Source of the DNA: Pristiophorus japonicus
Lineage: Eukaryota
Direction: 5' to 3'
NCBI RefSeq assembly: GCF_044704955.1
Contig: NC_091985.1
Coordinates: 207,204,001 to 207,268,000 of the forward strand
Length of the DNA: 64,000 bases
Shown here: one piece after another, positions 47,920 through 61,099 of the stretch
Numbering within the stretch: the stretch's first letter is position 1
How the letters are laid out: each line of letters opens with the position of its first letter
Program-made: the position numbers and the translations under genes
Notes under the pieces: generated by a model
The model's database searches: none
The model's input: only the letters and a program-made list of their open reading frames with translations
What the model was told of the DNA's origin: nothing

Positions 47920-49922
47920 TGTAAAAGAAGATAGCCATCCGTGGCTAACTAAAGAAATAAAGGATGATATTCAATTAAAAACAAGGGCATACAAAGTAAC
48001 TGAAACTAGTGGGAGGACAGAAGATTGGGAAGCTTTTAAAAGTCAGCAAAGAATGACTAAAAAAATGATTAAGAAAGGGAAGATAGACCATGAAAGTAAA
48101 CTAGCACAAACTATAAAAACAGTCTCTATTGGAATATAAAAAGGAAAAGAGTGGCTAAAGTAAATGTTGGTGCCTTAGAGGACGAGACCGGGGAATTAGT
48201 AATGGGGAACATGGAGATGGCAGAAACTCTGAACAGATATTTTCTATCAGTCTTTACGATAGAGGACACTAACAATATTCCAACAGTAGATAGTCAAGGG
48301 GCTATATGGGGGGAGGAACTTAACACAATCACAATCACTAAGAAGGTGGTAATCAGTAAGATAATGGGACTAAAGGCAGATAAATTCCCTGGACCTGAAG
48401 GCTTGCATCTGTGGGTCTTAAGAGAAGTAGCGGCAGGGATTGTGGATGCATTGGTTGTAATTTATCAAAATTCCCTGGATTCTGGGGAGGTCCCAGCAGA
48501 TTGAAAAACTGCAAATGTAACACCCCTATTTGAAAAAGGAAGCAGACAAAAAGCAGGAAACTATAGACCAGTTAGCCTAACATCTGTGGTTGGGAAAATT
48601 TTGGAGTCCATTATTAAAGAAGCAGTAGCAGTTCATTTGGATGAGCAAAATTGGTCAGGCAGAATCAGCATGGATTTATGAAGGGGAAGTCATGTGTGAC
48701 AAATTTGCTGGAGTTCTTTGAGGATGTAAGGAACAGGGTGGATAAAGGGGAACCAGTGGATGTGGTGTATTTGGACTTCCAGAAGGCATTTGACAAGGTG
48801 TCACGTAAAAGTGTCAAGATAAAAGTTCACGGTGTTGGGGGTAATATATTAGCATGGATAGAGGATTGGCTAACTAACAGAACAGAGTCAGGATAAATTG
48901 TTCATTCTCTGGTTGGCAACCAGTAACTAGTGGGGTGCCGCAGGGATCAGTGCTGTGACCCCAACTATTTACAATTTATATTAACGACTTGGAGGAAGGG
49001 ATCAAGTGTAATGTAGCCAAGTTTGCTGACGATACAAAGATGGGAGGAAAAGCAACGTGTGAGGAGGACACAAAAAAATCTGAGAAGGATATAGACAGGC
49101 AAAGTGAGTGGGCAAAAATTTGGCAGATGGAGTATAATGTTGGAAAGTGTGAGGTCATGCACTTTGGCAGAAAAAAAATCAAAGAGCAAGTTATTATTTA
49201 AATAGAGAAAGATTGCCAAGTGCCGCAGTACAGCGGGACCTGGGGATACTTGTGCATTAAACACAAAAGGGTAGTATGCAGGTACAGCAAGTGATCAGGA
49301 AGGCCAATGGTATCTTGGCCTTTATTGCAAAGGGGATGGAGTATAAAAGCAGGTAAGTCTTGCTACAGCTATACAAGGTATTGGTGAGGCCACAACTGGA
49401 ATACTGTGTGCAGTTTTGGTTTCCATATTTACGAAAGGATATACTTGCTTTGGAGGCAGTTCAGAGAAGGTTGATTCCGGGGATGAGGGAGGGTTGACTT
49501 ATGACGAAAGGTTGAGTAGGTTGGGCCTCTACTCATTGGAGTTCAGAAGAATGAGAGGCGATCTTATCGAAACGTATAAGACTTTGAGGGGGCTCGACAA
49601 GGTGGATGCAGAGAGGATGTTTCCACTGATGGGGGAGACTAGAACTAGAGGTCATGATCTTAGAATAAGGGGCCGCCCATTTAAAAAGGAGATTAGGAGA
49701 AATTTGTTCTCTGAGGGTTGTAAATCTGTGGAATTCGCTGCCTCAGAGAGCTGTGGAAGCTGGGACAGTGAATAAATTTAAGACAGAAATTAACAGTTTC
49801 TTAAACGATAAGAGGATAAGGGGTTATGGGGAGTAGGCGGGGAAGTGGAGCTGAGTCCATGATCAGATCAGCCATAATCTTATTGAATGGCGGAGCAAGC
49901 TCGAGGGGCCGTATGGCCTACT
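47920..49922 (+). mobile_element. CR1 LINE, 5'-truncated, degenerate
   Basis: PWLTKEIK, KFPGPEGLH, QHGFMKGKS, KFADDTK motifs and the tail TTTCTTATG. Confidence 0.92.
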
Positions 49923-49924
49923 CC

Positions 49925-51710
49925 TGTTCCTATTTCTTATGTACTGTCTAACGAATCGCTCCCAGGGCAGGTGCAGCATGGGTTAGATACAGAGTAAACC
50001 TCCAACTACACTGTCTCATTAGAGACTCCAAGGGCAGGTACAGCAAGTATTAAGTACAGAGCAAATCTCCCTCTACACTGTCCCATCAAACACTCCAAGG
50101 GCAGGTATGGAACATAAGAAATAGGAGCAGAGTAGACCATTTGACCCCTCGAGCCTGCTCCGCCATTCAATAAGATCATGGCTGATCAGATCCAGGCCTC
50201 AACTCCACTTCCCCGCCCACTCCCCATAACCCTTGACTCCCTTATCGTTCAAAAATCTGTCTATCCCCACCTTAAATACATTCAATGACCCAGCCCCCAC
50301 AGCTCTCTGAGGTAGCGAATTCCAAAGATTCACGTCCCTCAGACAAGAAATTGCTCCTGATTTCCCTTTTAAATGAGCGAGCACTTATTCTGAAACTATG
50401 CCCCCCAGTGTTAGATTCCCCCACGTGGGGAAACATCCTCTCTGTATCTACCCTGTCAAGCCCCCTCAGAATCTTATACGTTTCAATAAGATCACCTCTA
50501 AGTCTTCTAAACTCCAATGCGTACAGGCCCAACCTGCTCAATCTTTCTCATTATGACAACCCCTTCAGCTCAGCAATGAACCTCGTGAACCTTCTCTGAA
50601 CTGCCTCCAGTGCAAGTATATCCTTCCTGAAATAAGGAGACCAAAACTGTACGTAGTACTCCAGGTGTGGTCTTACCAATGCCATGTACATTTGCAGCAG
50701 GACTTACCTAATTTTATATTCCATCCCCCTTGCAATAAAGGCCACCATTCCATTTGCCTTCCTAATTAATTGCTGTAACTGCATGCTAAATTCTTGTGTT
50801 TCATGTACAAGGATCCCCAGATCCCGCTGTACACGGCATTTTGTATTCTCTCCCCATTTAAATAATAATTTGCTTTTTTATTTCTCCTACCAAAGTGAAT
50901 AAGCTCACATTTTCCCACATTATACTCCATCTGCCAAAGTATTGGCCACTCACTGAGCCTATCTATATCCCTTTGTAGATTATTAGAGTCCTCATCACAA
51001 CTTGCGAGGTTAGCAGTTTAGATACACAGTAAATCTCCGTCTACATTATCCCATCAAACACTCCCAGAGCAGGTACAGCACGGGTTAGTTACAGAGAAAA
51101 GCTCCCTCCAAACTGTTCCATCAAACACTCTCAGGGCAGGTAGAGCAAGGGTTAGATACAGTGTAAATCTCCCTCTAAACTGTCCCGTCAAACTCTGCCT
51201 AAACAGGTACAACATGGGTTAGATACCGCGTAAAGCTCCCTTTACATTGTCCCGTCAAAAACTCCCAGGGCAGGTACGGTACTGGTTAGATACAGAGTAA
51301 AGCTCCATCTACACTGACCCAACAAACACTCCCAGGGCAGGTACAGCATAGGTTAGATACAGAGTAAAGCTCCCTATCCATTGTCCCATCAAACAGTCCC
51401 AGGGGCAAGTACAGCACGGGATAGATAAAGAGGAAATCTTCCTCTACACTATCCCAACAAACACTCGCAGGGAAGGTACAGCATGGGTTAGATACAGCGT
51501 AAAGCTCCCTCTACACCGTCCCATCAAACACACCCAGGGCAGGTACAGCATGGGTTAGATACAAAGTAAAGTCCCCTCTGCACTGAGCCATCAAATACTT
51601 GCAGGACAGGTAAAGCACAGGTCAGATACAGAGTAAAACTCCATCGACATTATCCCATCAAACACTCCCAGGGCAAGTACAGCATGGGTCAGATGCAGAG
51701 TAAATCTCCC
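49925..51710 (+). repeat. ~67-bp tandem repeat, interrupted by a CR1
   Basis: Unit approximately GGGTTAGATACAGAGTAAAGCTCCCTCTACACTGTCCCATCAAACACTCCCAGGGCAGGTACAGCA; about 3 copies before and 10-11 after the CR1; stray units near 52440 and 52600. Confidence 0.92.
50111..51005 (-). mobile_element. CR1 3' fragment
   Basis: Reverse-strand LGLYALEFRRLRGDLIETYK and the tail AACATAAGAAATAGGAGCAG. Confidence 0.88.
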
Positions 51711-51812
51711 TTATTACAACAGTGACTACAATCCAAAAGTACTTCATTGGCTGTAAAGCACTTTGAGAGGTCCGGTGGTCGTGAAATGCACCAAATAAAT
51801 CCAAGTCTTTCT
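51711..51812 (+). mobile_element. Deu-SINE 3' tail
   Basis: ATTACAACAGTGACTACAATCCAAAAGTACTTCATTGGCTGTAAAGCACTTTGAG...AAATCCAAGTCTTTC. Confidence 0.7.
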
Positions 51813-52661
51813 CCCTCTACACTGTCCCATCAGACACTGCCAGCCCATAATGAGCTGGGGTCAGTGAGGTTAGTCACTAGGCACTGCAGTGATGTCATAA
51901 AGCACTGCAGTGATGTCATAAAGCAGGGCCATTTAAAGGTGGAGAGCTGGGACATCCTGTCTCAACACACATCCCGCTGTTCATACTGAGAATCCCCGGG
52001 GAAGGGCCAGGGCCCAGAATGTGGAACACAACCAAGGGGGAAAGAGAAGGAGACGGTGCAGTGTGGGAGATGAGGGAGGAGTCTGCTCATTCCCAGGGGC
52101 AGATCAGACAAAGTGCTTTGAGTGCTGGGTCCAGAATGAAACTGAAAACAAACCAAAGGGAATAAATAAAGATCCAATCCAAGGGAACAAGCAACGGGTC
52201 ATTGGGCAGAAATCACAACCGGCCTAAAGTTATTCAATGGGCGAACATCGATTGCTTATTGTGGGAAGTTCCACACTTCAACCATCCATTGAGTGAAGAA
52301 ATGTTTCCTAACATCTCTCTTGAATGGCCTGGCTCTGATTTTAAGGTTATGTCCCCTCGTCCTAGACACCCCAAACTGCAGAATAAATTTCTCGCAGTTG
52401 CTTTCAAATTCACATTAAATTCCCAGAGACTAGGTGGAGTATGGGTTGGATACAGAGTAAAGTTCCCTCTACACTGCCACTGGACGAACTTCAGTGTCCA
52501 CCCCAAGTGCACTGGGCAGCTTATCAACTAAAATTCAGCAGCAGTACGATCTATCACTGCACTGAAAACTTTCCACCCGCAGCTCCTGATCAGTTTCAGG
52601 TTAAAGCTCCCTTTAAACTGTCCCAGGGCAGGGACAGCACGAATTAGATACACAGTAAATC

Positions 52662-52758
52662 TGTGTCAGAGGAACTGTACCCCAGTGAGTCGGTGCCAGA
52701 CGAAACTGTACCCCAGTGAGAGTCGGTGCCAGAGGAAACTGTACCCTAGTGAGAGTCA
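52662..52758 (+). repeat. ~30-bp minisatellite, about 3 copies
   Basis: GTGCCAGAGGAAACTGTACCCCAGTGAGAGTCG repeated. Confidence 0.75.
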
Positions 52759-52789
52759 TTACAATTCGAAATATCTTCAGTTATCAGCA

Positions 52790-53770
52790 ACAAATTGCAT
52801 TAATATCGTACCTTAAAAGTAGAAAAATGTCCCAAGGCAATTCACAGGACCATTATCAAACAAAATTTGACATCCAGTCACGTAAGGAAATATTAGCACA
52901 AGTGACTAAAAGCTTGTTCAAAAGGGTAGATATTAAAGGAATATTATAGAGAGGTTTAGGGAGGGAATTCCAGAGCTTATGGCCTCAGCAGCTGAAGGTA
53001 TGGCCACCAATATTGGAGGGATGAAAATTGGGGCTGCTCAAGAGGCCAGAATTGGAGGAATGGAAAGATCTCTGAGGGTTGTAGGGTTGAAGGGTTGGAG
53101 GAGGTTACAGCAATAGGGAGGGACAAGGTCCTGGTCGGATGTCAAAACAAGGATAAGAATTTTGAAATTGAGGCACTGATGGAGCAGGAGCCAATGTAGT
53201 TCAGCGAGCTCAGGGGTGATGGGTGAAGGGAAATTGATACAATTTGGATGAGAGGGCTGAGGACAGATTGAGTAGAATAGGCCTATATTCTCTGGAGTTT
53301 AGAAGAATGGAATGTGATATCATTGAAACATAGAATTCTTAGAAGAATTCACAAGGGCTGAATAGTCTTGAACTAGGGATCGATCCTAGTATTAGGATGA
53401 GATCGCCTATTTAAGACTGAGATGAGAAGATATTTCTTCACTTAGAGTTGTGAATCTTTGAAATTCTCTATTGAATATAGATCTTACTATATGGCAGAGT
53501 AGATGGGAGGGGTCGTATGGCCTACGTCTGCTATTTCTTGTGTTCCTGAGTAAGGATACGGGCAGGAGTGTTTTTGATAAGATTAAGTTTACGGAGAGTG
53601 CGTGGTGTGATGCCGATCAGGAGAGCATTGGAATAGTCCAATGTCGTGGTAACAGAGGCATGGATGAGGAAGGGGCAGAGACCGGCGATGTTATGGAGCT
53701 GGAAGTAAGCGTACTCGGTGATTGAGGGAATATGGGTTCAGAAGCTCATCTTGGGGTCAAGTACGACGCC
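52790..53770 (-). mobile_element. L2-type LINE 3' fragment with a nested decayed CR1 end (~53250-53545)
   Basis: Similar to 55845-56348 (GAGAGGTTTAGGGAGGGAATTCCAGAGC...GAGCCAATGTAG). Confidence 0.65.
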
Positions 53771-54686
53771 AATAAATAAATTGCAACTCTCCGTATCTCT
53801 GTTTCAGTATATTAGAAAACTACATATCTCTAGTGATCGATTAATCGGAAATGCTTCAATATTAGTAGTTATCAATATATTTTCTTATAATTCTAAATGT
53901 TCATGAATGAATAATTGATTCTGTCAGTGATAGGCCGTGCTGGTATTTCAGATTGGTCTGTGCATCATGATCAGTGAATTGACGACGTGCTTCCGGTTCA
54001 ATCTTTCCATTGGCTTTCTCACCAGATGGGAAATATTTGAACATTGAGATCTGATGGTGTCGGTGTAAGTTCAGCCCCACCGAATGTACAGAGACGGGTC
54101 CATCTGCTGGGCTCTGCCTCAAACTGGAGTCACCTCTTAGATCAAAACCCTTTACTCTAAAACACACACAAGATTCACTGTGACTGTGTTCAGAGACAGA
54201 AAGTGATCTCACTTCACATCCCATTGCACGGCCTCATGCTGGATAATTGTGCTCGGTGGTCAGACTCTCCCAGTCTCATTTCCTGTCTTACCTTGTAACC
54301 TGTGTGTACTGTCTACAGGACAGTAAATGGCACTTTCTCTTACCTTTCTCCCCAGTCGATCTATTGAAGCGCTTTCAATCGGAAAGGGCTCCCTGGTTGG
54401 TGCTCTCACAATCCTGTGCTGGTTCACCTGCTGTTGTTCCTCAGTCCACAATCCCTGTTTCCTTCCAGCTGTGGAACTTTCTCAATCACTCCGCCATTCA
54501 CCGGGAGATCTAATTATGGCAGGGCAGAAAATTAGAAGAATATTAATGTTGTGAAGTGGAATGTAGTGTAAAGTGTTTTTCCAATGTTTCAGAAAAGTCT
54601 ATGTCCAGTATTTCTGTTTGATTTTATCCTTTTCCTCAAGATTCCTGTCCCGCCCATTTGGACTTACAGAAAATCACCAGAATTCT

Positions 54687-55311
54687 CCCCGGGTTACACA
54701 CTGTCTGATCTCACCGGGCCCCCGGGTTACACACTGTCTGATCTCACTGGGCCCCCGGGTTACACACTGTCTGATCTCACTGGGCCCCCGGGTTACACAC
54801 TGTCTGATCTCACTGGGCCCCCGGGTTACACACTGTCTGATCTCACTGGGCCCCCGGGTTACACACTGTCTGATCTCACCGGGCCCCCGGGTTACACACT
54901 GTCTGATCTCACTGGGCCCCCAGGTTACACACTGTCTGATCTCACTGGGCCCCCGGGTTACACACTGTCTGATCTCACCGGGCCCCCGGGTTACACACTG
55001 TCTGATCTCACTGGGCCCCCGGGTTACACAGTGTCTGATCTCACTGGGCCCCCAGGTTACACACTGTCTGATCTCACTGGGCCCCCAGGTTACACACTGT
55101 CTGATCTCACTGGGCCCCCGGGTTACACACTGTCTGATCTCACCGGGCCCCCGGGTTACACACTGTCTGATCTCACTGGGCCCCCGGGTTACACAGTGTC
55201 TGATCTCACTGGGCCCCCAGGTTACACACTGTCTGATCTCACTGGGCCCCCGGGTTACACACTGTCTGATCTCACCGGGCCCCCGGGTTACACACTAACT
55301 GATCTCACTGG
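54687..55311 (+). repeat. 33-bp minisatellite, 18 full copies plus 1 partial
   Basis: CCCGGGTTACACACTGTCTGATCTCAC(T/C)GGGCC with only three variant positions in the full copies. Confidence 0.97.
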
Positions 55312-55379
55312 AAGTTTCAGTCTCCCGCATGTCCCCAAACACTGAGCTGCAGGGCTGTGTGTTCAGTCCGGTGTTTTCC

Positions 55380-55800
55380 CTCACAGACTCACCGCGCCCG
55401 CTCTGCCCCGGCCCCAGCCGCCCACCATCAGTCCGGTTCCCTGCGGCCCCCGGTTCCTCACATTATCCAACCGTTGGTTGCAGCAAACTGCGCGGCATCC
55501 GGGGACTGAGGGTGGGGAGGGCGGTACCGAGAATGCGCACTGCCGCCACAGAGCGCGTTCGGTGCATAGTCCCGACAGTCTATTGGCTGCACGCAGCAGA
55601 TTGCCAGCCACTCCCACCAATAGGAGCCGGCAGCGCCAAGGAGCCCTGCCCACTGTGTTGAAGGAACTCAGGGCAGCTCGGGAGTCACGTGGCTCCTGAT
55701 TTGAAAACCGTTCAACCGCCTCACCGCGCGCCAGGCGGGGGATGTCACAGCCCTGCCCACATCGCTTGTGACGTCGTTGTTCGTATTGCGCCTGCGCCGG
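55380..55800 (-). promoter_or_regulatory. CpG-island-like promoter and probable first exon of an unidentified minus-strand transcript
   Basis: High CpG, CCAAT/ATTGG pair (55582, 55617), CACGTG, TGACGTC, TGCGCCTGCGC. Minus-strand donor-like GTGAGT at ~55388-55393 and GTAAGT at ~54662-54667. Confidence 0.5.
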
Positions 55801-55844
55801 ATTCTTAGGTCACTCAATCCTTCACTCCTGCAGTATTATTAATA

Positions 55845-56348
55845 ACTTTTCTTTATAGAGCGCCTTTAACGTAGTAAAACGTCCCAAGGCGCTTCACAGC
55901 AGTGTTACAGGACACAACACATACATTTAACACCGAGCCACAAAAGAACAAATTGCTGCAGGTGACCAAAGGCTGGGTCAAAGAGGTAGGTTTTAAAGAG
56001 GGTCTGAAAGTAGGAAAGAGGCGGAGAGGCTTAGGGAGGGAGTTCCAGAGCTCGGGGCCCAGGCAGCTGAAGGCATAGCCACCGATGTTGAACAGTTTTA
56101 ATCAGGAATGCTCAAGAGGGCTAATTTTGAGGAACACAGACATCACGTGGCATTGTGAGGCTGAAAGAGATTAGAGACAGGGAGGGGCAAGGCCATGGAG
56201 GGATTTGAAAACAATTATGAGAATTTTGAAATCGAGGCGTTGCATAACTGGGAGCCAATGTAGGTCAGCGAGCACAGGGATGATGGGTGATCAGGACTTG
56301 GTGCAAGTTAGGACATGGGGTGCCAAGTTTTGGATGACCTCAAATTTA
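55845..56348 (-). mobile_element. L2-type LINE 3' fragment
   Basis: TTTATAGAGCGCCTTTAACGTAGTAAAACGTCCCAAGGCGCTTCACAG tail, related to the SINE tails, plus an L2-like body. Confidence 0.7.
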
Positions 56349-57642
56349 CATAAGAACATAAGAAATAGGAGCAAAAGTATGGCCATACGGCCCCTCGAGC
56401 CTGCTCCGCCATTTAATACGATCATGGCTGATCTGATCATGGACTCAAGTCCACTTCACTGCCTGCTCCCCATAACCCCCTATTCCCTTCTCGGTTAAGA
56501 AACTGTCTATCTCTGTTTTAAATTTATTCAATGTCCCAGCTTTCACAGCTCTCTGAGGCAGTGAATTCCACAGATTTACAACAATCTGAGAGAAGAAATT
56601 TCTCCTCATCTCAGTTTTAAATGGGTGGCCCCTTATTCTAAGATTATGCCCCCTAGTTCTAGTCTCTCCTATCAGTGGAAACATCCTCTCTGCATCCATC
56701 TTGTCAAGCCCCCTCATAATCTTATACGTTTCGATAAGATCACCTCTCAATCTTCTGAATTCCAATGAGTCGAGGCTCAACCTACTCATCCTTTCCTCAT
56801 AAGTCAACCCCCTCATCTCCGGAATCAACCTCGTGAATCTTCTCTGAACAGCCTCCAAAGCAAGTATATCCTTTCATAAATAAGGAAACCAAAACTGTAC
56901 ACAGTATTCCAGGTGTGGCCTCACCAATACCCTGTATAACTGTAGCAAGACTTCCCTGCTTTTATACTCCATCCCCTTTGCAATAAAGGCCAAGATTCCA
57001 TTGGCCTTCCTGATTACTTGCTGTACCTGCATACTAACCTTTTGTGTTTCATGCACAAGTACCCCCAGGTCCTGCTGTACTGCAGCACTTTGCAATTTTT
57101 CTCCATTTATAAAATAACTTGCTCTTTTTGATTTTTTTTCCTGCCAAAGTGCATGACTTCACAATTTCCAACATTATACTCCATCTGCCAAATTTTTGCC
57201 CACCCACGTTTCCTGTCTATGTCCTTTTGCAGATTTTTTGTGTCCTCCTCACACATTGCTTTTCCCTCCCATCTTTGTATCATCAGCAAACTTGGCTACG
57301 TTACACTTGGTCCTTTCTTCCAAGTTGTTAATATAGATTATAAATAGTTGGGGTCCCAGCACTGATCCCTGCAGCACGCCACTGGTTACTGATTGCCAAC
57401 CAGAGCATGAACCATTTATCCCAGCTCTCTGTTTTCTGTTAGTTAGCTAAGCCTCTATCCATGCTAATTTATTACCCCAACCCCGTGAACTTTTATCTTG
57501 TGCAGTAATGTTTTATGTGGCACCTTGTCAAATGCCTTCTGGAAGTCCAAATACATCACATCCACTGGTTCCCCTTAATCCACCCTTCTCGTTACATCCT
57601 CAAAGAATTCTAGCAAATTTGTCAAACATTACTTCCCCTTCA
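56349..57642 (-). mobile_element. CR1 LINE, 5'-truncated
   Basis: RT to the 3' tail on the minus strand; same subfamily as 17711-19002. Confidence 0.92.
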
Positions 57643-57978
57643 TATATGCAAATATGTTTGATTAACGTGAAAATATAAATTGTGTTCACCGCCCCACCAG
57701 CCTTTCTTTGTCTGTCTCTCTCTCCTCCTAAACTGAGGGACATTTAACTGTGATCTATCCATCCCATCCTCATCACCCAGAGATGGCTATCAGAGTGAGC
57801 GGCAGAGAGACGGGCCTTAAACACCCGAACTGTGTCTGCATATTAGGGTCAACACTAGTATCACACATTCATGTATAACACCAGTTGGGGGGAGAGAGCA
57901 CACACATTATCAGTCTTACACTTGGCATCAGTGTCTCCATATTACACTCAGTAACAGTGCCACACTGTCATGTACAGC

Positions 57979-58446
57979 ACCAGAGAGAGAAACAGTGTCT
58001 GACATATCAAGAAAGACTGGATCAACTGGGCTTGTATTCACTGGAGTTCAGAAGAATGAGAAGGGATCTCATAGAAACGTTGAAAATTCTGACAGGTTTA
58101 GACAGGTTAGATGCAGGAAGAATGTTCCCAATGTTGGGGAAGTCGAGAGCCAGGGGTCACAGTCTAAGGATAAGGGGTAAGCCATTTAGGACCGAGATGA
58201 GGAGAAACTTCTTCACCCAGAGAGTGGTGAACCTGTGGAATTCTCTACCACAGAAAGTTGTTGAGGCCAATTCACTAAATATATTCAAAAAGGAGTTAGA
58301 TGTAGTCCTTATTACCAGGGGGATCAAGGGGTATGGCGAGAAAGCAGGAATGGGGTACTGAAGTTGCATGTTCAGTCATGAACTCATTGAATGGCGGTGA
58401 AGGCTCGAAGGGCCTACTCCTGCACCTATTTTCTTTGTTTCTATGT
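57979..58446 (+). mobile_element. Short CR1 3' copy with a 20-nt non-CR1 leader
   Basis: ACCAGAGAGAGAAACAGTGT followed by CR1 sequence from CTGAC.TATCAAGAAAGAC to the tail. Confidence 0.88.
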
Positions 58447-59089
58447 GCCAGTGTTGTACTCACAAGTGTGTCCACATCACGTGAAATAACAGTATCCCGC
58501 CTTCACAAACAGTACAAGATCGAGAGAGAGAGATCGAGATCGAGGCAGGACGGTGAGACACAGAAACATGCACAGTATCAGTTCAAGACTGACCTGTGAA
58601 GTCTACTTTTATCCTGAATTTTCCCATTGGAGGGACAGAAGTTAAAGTCTCTCACTGATATTGTACCACAGACAGACACATTATTAATCCCACACTGCGG
58701 GACAGTGTCAGAGAGTGAGAGAAACAACGTCCCACATTTAACCCTCACTTGCCTGTTGTACTCTCTGTAATCTTGCAGCTAAGGGCCGTTCGGTATTACT
58801 CTGTGACCCAGTGTTTCACTCTAATTAAACTAAACTGGGACAGTTTCTGTCAGATATTAACTCCTGCACAGTCCCAGCAAACACTCCTACTTCCCCTGTC
58901 CCTCTGATGTTTCTGCAGGATTGCTTTGTGAGGACAGGCTCATGAATAGAAAAACAATGTGCACGGAATGATCCCAAATTGAGCATCTCAGAGGGAATTT
59001 AAACATTTTCTGTCCTTTACCCCCAGGCCCAGTTCCTTTGCTCATACTCTGATTAAAGTGAATTGGGAAAGTTCACTTTGCTGATTCTA

Positions 59090-60545
59090 GACTGCGCATG
59101 CGTGGATAAGCCCCGCCCCCGTGTCGATTTCCAGTGAGCAGAAGAGCACATGCGCCCTCCCCTCCCCCAGCCCTGCCTGTGATCGTCATTCACTCAGTGA
59201 GCGGAAGAAGATGCTTTAAACAGCCGGGAATAGAGACACCGCGGCCCCGGGGTAAGACAGTGAGCAGCAGACTCCTTACAGCAGCACATCGCTTTGGGAG
59301 CGTGTCCGCAGATGGGCTCAGAGATCAGCACTGAGTCCGGGGGAAGTTCAGGGGGAGTCGGAGGCTGTGTGTAACAGGCGGAGTGGATCAAGAACTGGTC
59401 TCAGTGCGTGGAGTGAGTGGGGGAAGGGAGAGGCCATTCTCGAGTTGTGTGTGGACAGTGTGTGTCCCGGGTAAGGGAGACAGAATGGGAAGGATCTGCT
59501 GTTTACAATCATTGCTGCTTTCTCCCTCCAAACCAGTAGTGAACGTTCCTGCTTTAGTTCCAGTCTCACCGTGTTTGTTGTCCGAGACTCCCAAAGCAAG
59601 TGCTCCACTCGGAACTCCTTCACCCCAAACGAACCAAAGGTGGGCAGCGGAAACATTACAAGGACACCCTCAAAGCCTCCCTGATAAAGTACGACATCCC
59701 CACTGACACCTGGGAGGCCCTGGCCCAAGACCGCCCTAAGTGAAGGAAGTGCATCCAGGTGGGCGCTGAGCACCTCGACTCTCATCGCCGTGAGCATTCA
59801 GAAATCACGCGCAAGCAGCGGAAAGAGTGTGCGACAAACCGGTCTCGCCCCCCCCACCCCACTTCCCTCAACGACTATCTGCCCCATCTGTGATAGGGAC
59901 TCTGGCTCTCGTATTGGACTGTTCAGCAACCAAAGAACTCACTTCATGAGTGGAAGCAAGTCTTCCTCGATTCCGAGGGACTGCCTATGATGATGATCAT
60001 TGGACAGTGAGCGGTGGAAGCAGAGCCGGACACTGAGGATTTATACAAGGAGCATCTATTGCAGGCACTGGGTGAGAAATGTAAAGGACACGTTTTAAAC
60101 AGCGGCTCTTTGTTTTTGGTTGAACGGTTAGTGCCCTGGGAGAGGGGAGCAGCAATCTGAGTTGTGTAAAAGTCCATGCTCCATCGGGTCGTCCCATTCC
60201 TGAAGCAGGGCAGGGGTTGGGTTGTGTCTGGATGTCAGTAAATTGCTGTAAATCTGCCCAACACACTTGGTGTGCAGAAGCTGAGTGCTGCAATACTGCA
60301 GTGGAGTCAGACACTGACACTGTTTGTATCGCTGGCTTCCCTTTGTGAATGTTCATAATGATTACTAATTGAACGATTACATTCATCACTTTAGTCTTTT
60401 CTACCTCTCCTATTCTTGAATGATCAGAGATACCTTCTCCTCCTACAGGCAAGGAATTGAAGGAACCGGAACAAATGTGAAATTTTCACCACCTGAGACA
60501 TAAGGAACAGTGCAACCAGCTCCTCCTCACACACAGTAGGTACAG
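59090..60545 (+). repeat. Unclassified repeated module, diverged copy 2, with an RTE insert
   Basis: NRF1-like TGCGCATGCG (59093), GC box and G|GTAAG at ~59251; similar to 33040-33920 and 62350-63700. Confidence 0.65.
59582..59998 (+). mobile_element. RTE-clade LINE 3' fragment
   Basis: YKDTLKASLIK, CPICDRDSGSRIGLFS; tail GACTGCCTATGATGATGAT. Confidence 0.85.
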
Positions 60546-61099
60546 AAGGGATGATTTGCCTTTTTTTTATTTGTTCACTGGATGTGGGTGTCGCTGGTAA
60601 GGCCAGCATTTATCGCCCATCCCTAATTGCCCTGGAGAAGATGGTGGTGAGCCACCTTCATCAACGGCTGCCGTCCGTGTGATGATGGTACTCCCACAGT
60701 GCTGTTAGGGAGGGAGTTCTGTTTCTCTAACAGGTTCCATGTGCTGAAAGGCCTCCTCAAGTTCCCAGATCCAGGGACTGTTCTTCTCCGTTGTTTTGGA
60801 AATAGCATCGGCAGTAAACAGGAGCTCAATGCTTCTTGCCCATCAGCTCTCTGATCGGGCTCCTCACGCTGATTATATTTTCTCATCTCGCTCAAACGTC
60901 CCAAAATGTTGCTTTCTTTTCCATCACCTCTAGGGTTATTAGCCAAGTTTGCATCAAGCAAATCGTGATCTCACCAGTAACAGCACTTTCCCGACTGTTA
61001 TCCAAGAGGCTGCTTCTGACATTTTCTTCTGCGTAAATGTTAACCACGTAAGTAACTGAAAATCTTCATTTCTACAGCAACAACAAACACTTGCATTTA

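Noticed and set aside
54687-55311. CRISPR-like regular repeats (also the 43-bp and 67-bp arrays)
   Set aside because: The units are head-to-tail with no unique spacers, there are no cas genes and the context is eukaryotic.
54573-55345. 241-aa and 253-aa repetitive ORFs (PRVTHCLISLG / GYTLSDLTGPP)
   Set aside because: They are a by-product of a stop-free 33-bp repeat in two frames. The starts are weak and no domain is recognisable.
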